Shown: positions 41,327-50,899 of the stretch, in pieces
Numbering within the stretch: the first letter of the stretch is position 1
Layout of the letters: the number at the start of each line of letters is the position of its first letter
Source: Patescibacteria group bacterium
Lineage (GTDB): Bacteria; Patescibacteriota; Patescibacteriia; Magasanikbacterales; GWA2-37-8
DNA length: 64,000 bases
Assembly: GCA_041649475.1 (NCBI GenBank)
Contig: JBAZNA010000001.1
Span: 456,612 to 520,611 of the forward strand
Reading direction: 5' to 3'
The notes under the pieces: generated by a model
What the model saw: only the letters and a program-made list of their open reading frames with translations
What the model was told of the DNA's origin: nothing
Database searches by the model: none
Position numbers and translations under genes: made by a program

Positions 41327-41653
41327 ATGGACTTAGACCAAATAAAAGAAGAAGCCCAAAAAAAAGGCGAGAAGCTTGGGTTTTTGATTGCTTCTCTTAA
41401 TCTTCCTAACGAAGCCAGAGAGTCACTCTTAACAGTTTTGCCGGAAATGTCCGAAGAACAAATTGACAGATTGATGGTAATTTTGGAAGCCGCTTATTTG
41501 AATCAAAAAACCGGAAATTTAGATCAGGATTTGTCGGCCAAGCTAACAACCATAGAAGCTGGTTTTAATAAAGATATGCAAAAAGCGGACAAAGACGCCC
41601 TGAAAGAATTGAGCCAGTTGGAAAAGGACTTGGACGCAAAAAAACCAGAATAA
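41327..41653 (+). CDS. hypothetical coiled-coil protein
   Basis: ORF only. Confidence 0.35.
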   Translation: MDLDQIKEEAQKKGEKLGFLIASLNLPNEARESLLTVLPEMSEEQIDRLMVILEAAYLNQKTGNLDQDLSAKLTTIEAGFNKDMQKADKDALKELSQLEKDLDAKKPE

Positions 41654-41843
41654 ATTTATGCAGGAGGATACACAAATTGAGGATGATTTGGACAGATTAT
41701 CAAAAAAGCACACCCGGCTTTTATTTGAGTTAGAAAAAATAATCAAAGAAGGCAATGGCTTGCGCCTGGAAATGCAGAAATTGATTGATAAGAAAAAAAG
41801 GGAAATGGTTTCAAAAAAAATTGATACATTTAATTAATTAAAT

Positions 41844-44800
41844 ATGGCCAAGAGGGGAGAACAGGCAAAAGAAAATAAGGAAAAAAGCCAGAAACAGGTT
41901 GAACGGATGATTGGGGGTATTGGAGAGCGTTTGCAAGAATTGGAAGCCAAGAACAAGGATGTCACAAAGCTAAAAGAGCAGTTGACTGCGATTCTTTTGG
42001 AATTTAAAAATTTAAACATTGATAAGCGCAGCTATCAAAAACAAATTGATAAATTGTTTGATAGAGCGGTCGATCTGGCGGTTGAGATTGATAATTTAAA
42101 AAGAGAGGATGAAACGGTCAAGAGAACTATCGCTAAAAAAGAGGGCAAGATTGTTGAGGGCGGTTATACAAAAAAAGATTCAGTCAGGAGAAAAGTGGCT
42201 GAAGAAAGAATTGCGGAGGGGACTGCGCCTGAAAAAGAGATCACGGAAAAAGAACAAGTGGAGCCGGAAGAACCTAAACCGGCGGAGCCGGTTGAAGTGT
42301 CTCCTCAAAAAAGAAAATCATTGCGGGAGATAATTTTAGATTTGGAAAATAAGGCCGAAGAGTTGAACGCAAAATCAGAAGGTAATACGGGTGAAAGTTT
42401 GTTGAAGAGAATAGAAACGATGAAAGAACTTATAGAGCAGATACATGATCAAACAGGTGCAGAAAAAAAACAAACAATGAGATTATTTGTTGCACAAAAG
42501 GAGGAATGTCTCGGCTTAATAAAGCTTCTCTCCAGCAAAGATCAAAGACGCGGCGAATTTTTGAGCGTGCTTAACGCCCGGCCGGAAAAGGTTGTTGATA
42601 GACAGAAAGAAATCCTGATGGATAAAATAAAGGGCATTAAAGATGATTTAGCTTGGCTGAAAACGGGATTTGAAAATTTAAGCGGCAGGGCAAAAGAATT
42701 TTATGATGCTCAATTATCGAATTTAGTGCTGGATAATATAGAGTGGGTTGAAAAAGAGTTGGAAAAGATTGAACAGGGTAAGATTGCAAAGCAAAAAATT
42801 GATGAAGTTTTGAAAAACATCAAAAAGGAAGTTGCGTCCTTAGTTACGTATCTTGATAAATTACAAAAATATACAAATCCGCTGACTGAAGAACCAATAG
42901 TACAAACTGAACCAGTCGAGACAGTCCCAGCTCCAGAACCAGAACCAACGCCGGCACCCGCGCCGGAGCCGACACCGGCTCCAACACCAGCAGAACCGCC
43001 GGAAGAAGAACGCATCGGCGATGAATGGGCAGAACAACCGGAACCGCCGATGGAAGTTGAAGACATTGAAGAAGTTCCTGAACGCAAAAAAGGGTTTTTG
43101 GGGTGGATCAAAGAAAAATTAGGCCGCACCAAAGAAGTGGCTAAAGATTATGGTCCTGAAGTGGCAAATGCCGCGTATAAAGTCATTAGTAAAGTGTTGG
43201 GTGTTAAATTTTATACTGATGCTCTTTTGGCACTGCGAAAAAAAGGCGATCTGTATGAACATATAAAAGGAGCTGAAGGGACAAAAGAAGAAAAACGAGC
43301 GATAAAAAGTGTGTTGGAAGAAATAATTGCTAAAATTGAAGCGGAAAGAGCTGCGGCTCCAGCCAATCAGCCGGAAGCAGAACCAGCCCAACCGGAGGAA
43401 AGTCCCGAACTGGTTGCCAAGGTTAGAGAGCTTGAAGAAAAGATAAACAGTGCCGAATATATTTCCGGCGGAGAAAAAAGGGATTTGCACAGACGCCTGC
43501 TTGAGATTGCCAGAAAGAGAGAAGACGCCACTGAAGTGGCAAAAGTCAAACGAGAAAAAAAGATTCAAGAAGTTTTGGCGGCTTATGTTGTAAACAAAGT
43601 ATCCGGCTGGAAAATCGCCAGTGATGCTTTGGATTTGGCCATTACGCCGATTGCCTTTTTGAGGGCCGGGGTTTATGCCGGTTTGGCCGTGGCAGAGAGA
43701 ATGCAGAAAGCCAGACGGAAATTTAAAAAGGAAAAAGATTTCAGCGAGAAAGGGGAGGGTAGATTTATTGCCAAAGATCTAATTGTAAATGCCACCAGAG
43801 AAACTCTTAGGGGTTTAGCGGGCATGGGAATAGAAAAGAAAGAAAATATAACCGGCAAAGAAAGGGTGCAGGGAGTTTTGAAAGCTTTGGGAACCTTGGC
43901 CAGGGGCTTTGGTATTTTTGGCGTTGCTTTTACCGCCGGAGATGGCGTGCAAAAGTCAATTGATCATTTATTGGATAATATTTCCAAACAAGGCCTGGCT
44001 GCCGGCTGGAGTAATGGTATGGTTGAAAATGCCGAGCGTATGATTCAAGTTTATGCGCATCCGGTAGATACGGCGCATAAGGCCTTTGATAACACGGCCG
44101 GACGAGGGTTGCGGGCTTTGGGAATAAACACCGGTGCGCCGACAACAGGCGAGGCCTTGAACTTTAAATTAAAAAATCCGATTATTGAAGGTGGAGCTAA
44201 AGCCGCACTCGTGGCCGGACCGGAACTCATAGAAACGGAAGCCGTGGAAGTTACAGCCAAAGGACCGTCACAAGCGGCGCATAAGCTGGAAGATTTTTTC
44301 AAGTCGCAGAAGGTAAAATGGGGGCATACGGAAATAGTAAACGAAATGAAACGGCATGGTTATGTTTTTCACAAAGATGGTTCAGTGAGTCATCCGGTGA
44401 TGTTTCATAAGGGCGGAGGCAAGCTGGTGCCATGGATAGATGAAGAAGGGAAAGGGCATTTTGAGATTGAGGGGGCCAAGAAGCAGTATTGGCATGAAGA
44501 AACATATAAACCCAAAGCTGAATTGGCGCATGAAGAGTCCTCTGTCAAAACGGAAAGTGTTAAGGTGGAATCCGGGCTTCTCACCGGCAAACAACAATCC
44601 ATGCTTACCAATTACAGCGATGTACAGAGGGGGATTATAAAAAATCAAACTGATTTGGCGGTCCGATTAAAACATATTGAACCATATTATGACCGACTGG
44701 CCGAGTTGGGAAAAGAAGGTCTTGGCAAAAGCGCCGAAGCCCAACAACTAAAAAATGTGATTATTGGTTTAAGTAAAGACACATATAATAAAGTTTCTTT

Positions 44801-45629
44801 TGAACAATATATAAATTGGCCGGAGGGCGTGGCTTATCATCAGACCGGTGCGGCCAAGGCGGCGGTTGGTGAGATAAATTTAAGACCCAGAGCAGCTGCA
44901 CAGGTACTTGAACCGGATTGGAACACAAAACCAACTATGAGAACTAGCGGGAAGGTCGGCGGAGACAAAGCCACAGAAATACGCGAACCGGATTGGGGGT
45001 TGAAGGGTAAACAGGTTGCTACCGGCGGTAAGGTTAGGGGCGGGGGAGTACATCCAATTGAAGTGACAAAGAAATCAATTGCACCTGTGCCGGAAACAAA
45101 GCCGGAGGCCAAACTCAAAGTGACAGAGATGCCAATAGCGCCGGAATCAGAAATTGTGACAAATAATGTCCGGCATTTGCATACGGAGTGGGACAAGGTA
45201 TTTATTGATTTTTATCAGGATGATAAAGCCGGAATAATGGATGGTTTATTACATAAACTGGAAAATTCAATGTGGGCGCATCCGGAGATGCAAGGAGAGA
45301 TAAATAGCGTGTTGCAAAATAAAAGTTTAAATTCAATGCAACGTATAAGCGAAGTTGTAGATTTAATCACCAATGGCGGAGAAGGTCTGACAGTTGAAGA
45401 AAAGTTACTTTTGGGTGGGGATTACACAGAAGATAATGATTTCATGCGAATCACCGGGCATAACTTTGATGTTGTTTTCTCTAAAGATCACTCAAAAGCC
45501 GCGGCTTTGATATTTAAAGATCAGGCGCTTATAGATGTTTATGGGGAGTATAAGTTTTTATCAAGCAAGAACGTGATAGATCCAAAAGAATTTATTAAAA
45601 ATTGGGAGAAGGTAGCGACGGAGACCTAG
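41844..45629 (+). CDS. giant (1261 aa) Lys/Glu-rich coiled-coil protein with Pro/Thr/Ala/Glu-rich linker
   Basis: continuous ORF; low-complexity (PAPEPEPTPAPAPEPTPAPTP) linker; C-terminal globular-looking region. Confidence 0.6.
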   Translation: MAKRGEQAKENKEKSQKQVERMIGGIGERLQELEAKNKDVTKLKEQLTAILLEFKNLNIDKRSYQKQIDKLFDRAVDLAVEIDNLKREDETVKRTIAKKEGKIVEGGYTKKDSVRRKVAEERIAEGTAPEKEITEKEQVEPEEPKPAEPVEVSPQKRKSLREIILDLENKAEELNAKSEGNTGESLLKRIETMKELIEQIHDQTGAEKKQTMRLFVAQKEECLGLIKLLSSKDQRRGEFLSVLNARPEKVVDRQKEILMDKIKGIKDDLAWLKTGFENLSGRAKEFYDAQLSNLVLDNIEWVEKELEKIEQGKIAKQKIDEVLKNIKKEVASLVTYLDKLQKYTNPLTEEPIVQTEPVETVPAPEPEPTPAPAPEPTPAPTPAEPPEEERIGDEWAEQPEPPMEVEDIEEVPERKKGFLGWIKEKLGRTKEVAKDYGPEVANAAYKVISKVLGVKFYTDALLALRKKGDLYEHIKGAEGTKEEKRAIKSVLEEIIAKIEAERAAAPANQPEAEPAQPEESPELVAKVRELEEKINSAEYISGGEKRDLHRRLLEIARKREDATEVAKVKREKKIQEVLAAYVVNKVSGWKIASDALDLAITPIAFLRAGVYAGLAVAERMQKARRKFKKEKDFSEKGEGRFIAKDLIVNATRETLRGLAGMGIEKKENITGKERVQGVLKALGTLARGFGIFGVAFTAGDGVQKSIDHLLDNISKQGLAAGWSNGMVENAERMIQVYAHPVDTAHKAFDNTAGRGLRALGINTGAPTTGEALNFKLKNPIIEGGAKAALVAGPELIETEAVEVTAKGPSQAAHKLEDFFKSQKVKWGHTEIVNEMKRHGYVFHKDGSVSHPVMFHKGGGKLVPWIDEEGKGHFEIEGAKKQYWHEETYKPKAELAHEESSVKTESVKVESGLLTGKQQSMLTNYSDVQRGIIKNQTDLAVRLKHIEPYYDRLAELGKEGLGKSAEAQQLKNVIIGLSKDTYNKVSFEQYINWPEGVAYHQTGAAKAAVGEINLRPRAAAQVLEPDWNTKPTMRTSGKVGGDKATEIREPDWGLKGKQVATGGKVRGGGVHPIEVTKKSIAPVPETKPEAKLKVTEMPIAPESEIVTNNVRHLHTEWDKVFIDFYQDDKAGIMDGLLHKLENSMWAHPEMQGEINSVLQNKSLNSMQRISEVVDLITNGGEGLTVEEKLLLGGDYTEDNDFMRITGHNFDVVFSKDHSKAAALIFKDQALIDVYGEYKFLSSKNVIDPKEFIKNWEKVATET

Positions 45630-45716
45630 GATAATTTAAAGACAAAAAACAGACCTCCTGTATAAGGGGGTTTTGTTGTATATTAGCCAAAATAATCCAT
45701 AATGACGGTTCAGCTC

Positions 45717-45745
45717 TTGACAAAACCTACGACTTGTGCTATACT
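45717..45745 (+). promoter_or_regulatory. candidate promoter TTGACA-17-TATACT at the left edge of the 10.5-kb high-GC island
   Basis: -35 at 45717-45722 and -10 at 45740-45745; about 340 nt of structured leader before the first island gene. Confidence 0.35.
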
Positions 45746-46084
45746 AATCAGTTAAACTTTTAAAAGGCGAATAAAGCGCCCGCGAAGTACTTTACAAAAC
45801 AACGCCATCAAGGGCTGATATCCGAGAGAGTATCACCCTTAAACGCAATGTTTGTTAGTTAAAAGACCTTCAATTATGTAGCATCTCTCACCCAAGAGTA
45901 GTTTTGTTGTATTGTTATCTTGAGCGTAACGAAGAATATTGGTTAGTTCTACGTTTCGCCCAGGATAACACATAAGTGTTGTCCATCGACGCACATTACA
46001 AGTGAGATGTAGAAGTTTTTCAACCCGCCCCTGTGGGCCTTCCGCTCTAAGGGGTTCAACGGTTCCACGAAGAAGGAGGTTCTG

Positions 46085-46840
46085 ATGCCCGGTACCGCGC
46101 AGCCCGGCGACGCTCCCGCGTCCGCCACTCCCGATTCCGCGACGACCCCCCCGGCCGCCGCTCCCGACGCTGGCGCTTCCGCGTCTGCCGCCGCCCCGCC
46201 CGCCGCCCCGCAGGGCCTCCCCATGTGGGGCAAGGTCCTCGGGGGGCTCGTGCTCCTCGCCGCCATCATCGCCATCCTCCTCTACGCCAAGTCCTGCACC
46301 GACGACATCTCGTCCAAGCTGGGCAAGGTGGCGACGAAGGACGACGTGGACAAGGCCGCCGCCGGCACCAACGGCAAGATCGATCAGGGGCTCGGTTCGG
46401 TCGCGGATGCCCTGAAGGGTCAGGCCGAGGCCACGACCGGTCTCATCGGCGCCACCAAGGGTCTGACGGAGGCCATCAAGGATCATCCGACCAAGGAGGA
46501 CCTGCAAGGCATGCTCGACAAGGCCGAGGGTCGCGTGAAGCGTGCGATCTGGGGGCTGAAGAAGCAGCAGGTGGTGATCGCACCGCCCGCCGCGACTCCG
46601 CTTCCGGAGCCGCCCCTGCCGATCCCGCCCGCCCCGATCATCGTGACCCCGCCCTCCCCGCCGGACTACCTGCCCTTCCTGGAGGGGATGAACAAGACCC
46701 TGAACCAGAACCACACCATGCTGGGTGAGCTCAAGCGGAGCGTGGCCGGACTCAAGTCCAGTCACACCAGGGTGCTCGTGCCCGTCCCCTCGGGGAAGCA
46801 CAGCACCAAGATGCTCGTCAGGGTTCGGCCCACCAACTAG
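46085..46840 (+). CDS. Pro/Ala-rich membrane-anchored protein (high-GC island 3)
   Basis: AAGGAGG ribosome-binding site; TM helix LGGLVLLAAIIAILLY; Pro-rich segment. Confidence 0.5.
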   Translation: MPGTAQPGDAPASATPDSATTPPAAAPDAGASASAAAPPAAPQGLPMWGKVLGGLVLLAAIIAILLYAKSCTDDISSKLGKVATKDDVDKAAAGTNGKIDQGLGSVADALKGQAEATTGLIGATKGLTEAIKDHPTKEDLQGMLDKAEGRVKRAIWGLKKQQVVIAPPAATPLPEPPLPIPPAPIIVTPPSPPDYLPFLEGMNKTLNQNHTMLGELKRSVAGLKSSHTRVLVPVPSGKHSTKMLVRVRPTN

Positions 46841-46924
46841 ATCTACATCCCGCCATTCATCTACTCGTCCTTCGGGACGACAAGATGCTGGTCTATCGGG
46901 CTGTCGCAGACATCTGCGCAGCCC

Positions 46925-47101
46925 TCCTATCATCTTCATTTCTATGAAGTGGCGATGAAAGGACTATTAACCGCAAGGTTGATGGCCAAAGCTGTACCTT
47001 ACAACAAACGGTGAAAATGAGGGTGCGAATTGTTCGCCCCCTTTGGCAAGCTGACGACGTCGGCGCGCTTGGCGTGCCGGCTAACAGACATGGAGGATGT
47101 C
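46925..47101 (+). repeat. duplicated structured leader, copy A
   Basis: shares CATCTTCATTTCTATGAAGTGGCGATGAAAG...ATTAACCGCAAGGTTGATGGC and GGGGTGCGAAT.GTTCGC.CCCCTTTGGCAAGCTGACGACGTCGGCGCGCTTG.CGTGCCGGCT blocks with 47918-48095. Confidence 0.75.
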
Positions 47102-47848
47102 ATGAAGGCGACCGGTATCGTTCTCGTCCTGACCGTGCTCTGCGCGGTCTCCACCGCTTACGGCCAGTCGGCCGTGTGCGATCCGACCGATGTCCCGCAG
47201 ACCGATGGCTGTCACTTCAGCAAGAAGTGCAACCAGCGGTACTGCTGGGTGGAGGAGGGGAAGGTCTTCGACGCCAACCTCAACGACCTCGACACGCTCG
47301 TGGTGGAGGTGGACGTCAAGAAGCCCACCACCACTCTGGTTCCTGGTCTGACCCCGCCCGTTCCGGTTGCTCCCGCCCCCCGCATCAAGGGTTTCAGGCA
47401 CTTCCGTGCAGGCCTCTACATCAGTGGTTTTCAGACCGCTGGTGACTGGTCCTTCGGCGGAGGCCCGCAGCTGGAGTGGCACGAGCGGCTCGGTGGCAAC
47501 GGCCACTCCTGGTTCGTCCAGGCGCGAGGCGTCATCGGCACGGCCGGTGACAAGACCAATGCCAACTTCGGCATTGGTGCCTCCCTCGGCCCGGGCATCC
47601 AGCTCAAGTGGGGTCTGCGCCTCGGTGTGCGGGGTGTGCTCCTGTACTACCCCGAAACCGATAAGCTGATCAAAGAGCGCGGAAACGAGCGCTGGATCGG
47701 CGCTGAGGCAGTCGCTGGCTGGCTCTTCGGGAAGGGTTTCTTCGGAGAGGTCAGTGGCGGCTACGGCGCAAGGTGGATCGAGAAGCCGGGCATCGTCTGG
47801 CACGGTCGCGCCTCCGTCGCCTTCGTCTCCGTCGGTTGGATGCGTTAG
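47102..47848 (+). CDS. secreted Gly-rich beta-barrel-like (outer-membrane-protein-like) protein
   Basis: signal peptide MKATGIVLVLTVLCAVSTAYG-Q; alternating Gly/aromatic strands; C-terminal FVSVGWMR. Confidence 0.45.
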   Translation: MKATGIVLVLTVLCAVSTAYGQSAVCDPTDVPQTDGCHFSKKCNQRYCWVEEGKVFDANLNDLDTLVVEVDVKKPTTTLVPGLTPPVPVAPAPRIKGFRHFRAGLYISGFQTAGDWSFGGGPQLEWHERLGGNGHSWFVQARGVIGTAGDKTNANFGIGASLGPGIQLKWGLRLGVRGVLLYYPETDKLIKERGNERWIGAEAVAGWLFGKGFFGEVSGGYGARWIEKPGIVWHGRASVAFVSVGWMR

Positions 47849-47917
47849 CCACCGACATCACCGTTTCATCGGGCCGCGCGTGTTGATAACACGACGCGCG
47901 CGGCCCACCTATTTTTC

Positions 47918-48095
47918 ATCTTCATTTCTATGAAGTGGCGATGAAAGAGCCATTAACCGCAAGGTTGATGGCTGCACATTACAATTGAGAGCTACAACAA
48001 GTTACGACAATAGGGGTGCGAATGGTTCGCGGCCCCTTTGGCAAGCTGACGACGTCGGCGCGCTTGACGTGCCGGCTCAACAACTGGAGGATCAC
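47918..48095 (+). repeat. duplicated structured leader, copy B
   Basis: see copy A. Confidence 0.75.
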
Positions 48096-49220
48096 ATGAC
48101 CCGTTTCGCGCTGATCTGTTCGCTGTTCTCCGTCCTGGCCCTCGGCAACCTCGGTTGCATGGAGGGTCTCACCGCCGAGGAGATCGCTGCCTGCTCCAAC
48201 GAGGGGCAGGAGTTCTGCCCCGACGCCACGGGCGCGCTGGTCTGCGTGGATACGCTGACCGACGACCACAATTGCGGCGCGTGCGGATTCCTCTGCACCA
48301 ACGGCGCGCAGTGCGTGGCCGGTGTCTGCGACTGCAGCGGCAACGAGACCCTCTCGGCCGGCTGCCCCGTGCCCGGCAAGATCGACGCCGTGATGTGCGT
48401 CGACCTCAAGGACGATCCGCTCAACTGCGGCGCCTGCGGCAACATCTGCCCCAGTGGCCTCTGCGCGGACTACGTCTGCATCCCCGTCAGCAGCACCTGC
48501 ACCGACGGCATCAAGGATGGCGCCGAGTCCGATGTGGACTGCGGGGACGGATGCGCCAAGTGCATCAACGGCAAGATGTGCCGGCTGAACAGCGACTGCG
48601 TGAGTGGTTACTGCAACGCCAGCGGCATCTGTGCCGACGCTCCGGTCGGCGCCTGCTTCGGCAAGGCCAGCGGCACCCTGTGCCGCGCGGCCGTGTCGGA
48701 TTGCGACGTCGCGGAGTACTGCGACGGCGTGCACGCCGACTGCCCGGCCGATGGCTTTCAGGCCTTCCGCACCGCCTGCCACGTCAGTGGCGACGGCAAC
48801 GGGACCTGCAGCGGCAACGACGCCGTCTGTCGGCCCCCCACGGGTCTCTGCTCCAACGTGACGTGCGGCACCGGTCTGGTCTGTGACCCGACCGACGGCA
48901 TCTGCAAGGTGCCGGATCAGGTCACTTGCTTCGGACTGGGTCTCTCGGACCCGGGCCCGGATGCGGTGAACTGCATCTGGTGGGCGCGTGGCATCAACAA
49001 CGCCATCTCCGCCTTCACCCCGCACGACAACGTCTCGGTCGCCGCTCCGCCGCTGGCCTGTGCACTGACCTGCTACAAGGCCGACGGCTCCGACGCCACC
49101 CCCACGCTGTGCTCCGGCCAGTGGCAGAACGGGATGGTGCAGAACTGGAGCGCTTCCGGCGGCCACCTGTTGGCCGGCGGACACGGCTGCGCCTGGGACA
49201 ACAAGTACCAGTCGCAGTAG
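48096..49220 (+). CDS. secreted cysteine-rich repeat protein
   Basis: signal peptide; repeated C..CG.C...C...C units (CGACGFLCTNGAQCVAGVCDC, CGACGNICPSGLCADYVC, CGDGCAKCINGKMCRLNSDCVSGYCN). Confidence 0.55.
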   Translation: MTRFALICSLFSVLALGNLGCMEGLTAEEIAACSNEGQEFCPDATGALVCVDTLTDDHNCGACGFLCTNGAQCVAGVCDCSGNETLSAGCPVPGKIDAVMCVDLKDDPLNCGACGNICPSGLCADYVCIPVSSTCTDGIKDGAESDVDCGDGCAKCINGKMCRLNSDCVSGYCNASGICADAPVGACFGKASGTLCRAAVSDCDVAEYCDGVHADCPADGFQAFRTACHVSGDGNGTCSGNDAVCRPPTGLCSNVTCGTGLVCDPTDGICKVPDQVTCFGLGLSDPGPDAVNCIWWARGINNAISAFTPHDNVSVAAPPLACALTCYKADGSDATPTLCSGQWQNGMVQNWSASGGHLLAGGHGCAWDNKYQSQ

Positions 49221-49244
49221 GAAGTATAAAGTAGCTCTCTCCTC

Positions 49245-49287
49245 GGGCTGGGGACATGCAGTACGCATGTACCCCAGCCCCGTTTTT
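49245..49287 (+). terminator. rho-independent terminator (16-bp stem plus T5)
   Basis: GGGCTGGGGACATGC...GCATGTACCCCAGCCCCGTTTTT. Confidence 0.65.
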
Positions 49288-49427
49288 CACATGAGTCTAT
49301 CGCGTTCATCTCTCACCCCATTCTCCTTTATATTAAAGGAAAGGGCCCTGGGGCCGAATGTGATGGGCTCAATTGGTAGCATAAAAACCGCTTAAAAGGC
49401 GGTTTTTATGTTTTTGCCCGATTCCTC

Positions 49428-49456
49428 TTGACAACTTTCTCTTGTTGTGCTAATGT
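49428..49456 (+). promoter_or_regulatory. candidate promoter TTGACA-17-TAATGT in AT-rich spacer inside the GC island
   Basis: read from sequence. Confidence 0.3.
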
Positions 49457-49664
49457 ACGGTGTTATATTCAATGGTGTTGAGAGAGATACCACGAATAAA
49501 AACATAGCTTATTTAAGCCCTAAATCTCTCTCCAAGGGATTTTTATTATTGTAACTGGTGGATAGTGAAAAGTGTATAAAATAGTTAGCGGTTCTTTACA
49601 ACTATCTTGGCATGAAGAAAGGGAAAAATGCCCTTTTCTTTGTGCCAAGATATGGAGGTTTGCC

Positions 49665-50729
49665 ATGATGTTCGCTCGGAAGTTTGTTCTCGTCATCGCG
49701 GCGACCATCGTGGTCGCCACCCTCTCCGCACCGGCGCACGCCCAGTGGTTCAAGGACCGCGAGGCGCGCAAGGGTGCGAGGGAAGCCAAGTCGCTCTACG
49801 AAGCACAGCGGGAGCGCATCCAGAAGTTGGAGGCGCAGAGGGAGAACATCAACAAGCTGGAAGCTGAAGTGGCCCAGTGCTTGGCCGAGGCCAAAAAGCC
49901 AAAGCCCGCACCCGCACCGCCGACGCCCGTGTCGTGCGACCAGTCTGATCTCTACAAGAAGCTGAACAAGCTGAAGAAGTTCCAGAAGGATCAGCTTGAC
50001 AGCTTGCAGGATCAGATGACCAAGCTGGCCAGAGGCAGCAAGAAGGAGATCGGCGAGTTGCGCCAGCTCCTGGAGAGCATCAGTCGTGTTCTCCCCAACA
50101 TCAGGAGCATTGAGTCCGCCATCACCCAGCTCAAGATGGACATGAGCATCACGTCCAACAACGTCAACGAGATCTTGAACGAGATGGCGGGAGCTCTCAC
50201 CAATCTCAAGAAGACCGACAAGCGTCTGGAGAAGGTGGAGAGTGACCTCTCCGGCCTGCACAAGCGGGTGGAGAAGGTGGAGAAGGTTCTGCTCACCAAG
50301 CAGGACAAGCTCTTCGTTGACATCAGCGTCGGCAGCCGCGTCAGCTGGTTCAAGGGCGATTCCGTGGAGCCGTATGTCGAGCTCCGGCTGGACTTTGAGG
50401 TTCCCTCGGACGGGCTCTGCTCGTTCGTGCCGGGTTTCAGTCTGGCTTTCGCAACCAGCAAGGACAAGGCGCCTGCCAATGCCGTACGCCTCATGGGCAA
50501 GTGCGGCCGCCGGACTTTCAGATTCCTGTTCGGCGTGGAAGAACTGATGGTGGCCAAGACCGAGACCGGTCCGGGCCAGTTCACCTGGTACGTCAACCCC
50601 ATCATCGGCATCGCCATCGGCGGCCGGTGGGCGGAGTTCACACTACTGGGTTCACCAAGCATCCGGTTCCGTGAGGCCAATGCCGCCTTCGGTGTGCAAG
50701 GTTTCGCGGGTCTGGTGATCCGTTTCTAA
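49665..50729 (+). CDS. secreted protein: N-terminal coiled coil plus C-terminal beta-barrel-like domain ending in Phe (OMP-type C-terminus)
   Basis: GGAGG ribosome-binding site 6 nt before ATG; signal peptide ...SAPAHA-QW; heptad repeats; C-terminal ...FAGLVIRF. Confidence 0.5.
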   Translation: MMFARKFVLVIAATIVVATLSAPAHAQWFKDREARKGAREAKSLYEAQRERIQKLEAQRENINKLEAEVAQCLAEAKKPKPAPAPPTPVSCDQSDLYKKLNKLKKFQKDQLDSLQDQMTKLARGSKKEIGELRQLLESISRVLPNIRSIESAITQLKMDMSITSNNVNEILNEMAGALTNLKKTDKRLEKVESDLSGLHKRVEKVEKVLLTKQDKLFVDISVGSRVSWFKGDSVEPYVELRLDFEVPSDGLCSFVPGFSLAFATSKDKAPANAVRLMGKCGRRTFRFLFGVEELMVAKTETGPGQFTWYVNPIIGIAIGGRWAEFTLLGSPSIRFREANAAFGVQGFAGLVIRF

Positions 50730-50899
50730 CAACCAACAAGGGGGAAACAAAGGGGAGGGTCGCAGCTTTCGCGAGCGCGACTCTCCTCATCCTATATCTG
50801 TTCATAAAATTATAAAAAGTTTTTGTGGATACATATAGGAGGAGCAAGACAACAAGCGCTCCTTACAATTTTAACGCATGAACACGATGGAGGCGAATC

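Noticed and set aside
42900-43010. repetitive PAPEPEPTPAPAPEPTPAPTP-encoding DNA considered as a possible CRISPR-like array or tandem DNA repeat
   Set aside because: It is in-frame coding low-complexity linker within the giant protein. There are no regular repeat-spacer units. No CRISPR array was seen anywhere in the window.
45839-46939. 366-aa minus-strand ORF overlapping the first island gene
   Set aside because: Antisense to a gene with a strong ribosome-binding site and a TM helix. It has Arg/Gly-rich composition typical of GC-rich antisense frames.
47979-49268. 429-aa minus-strand ORF antisense to the cysteine-rich gene
   Set aside because: Same reasoning. The plus strand has the signal peptide, ribosome-binding site and cysteine-repeat architecture.
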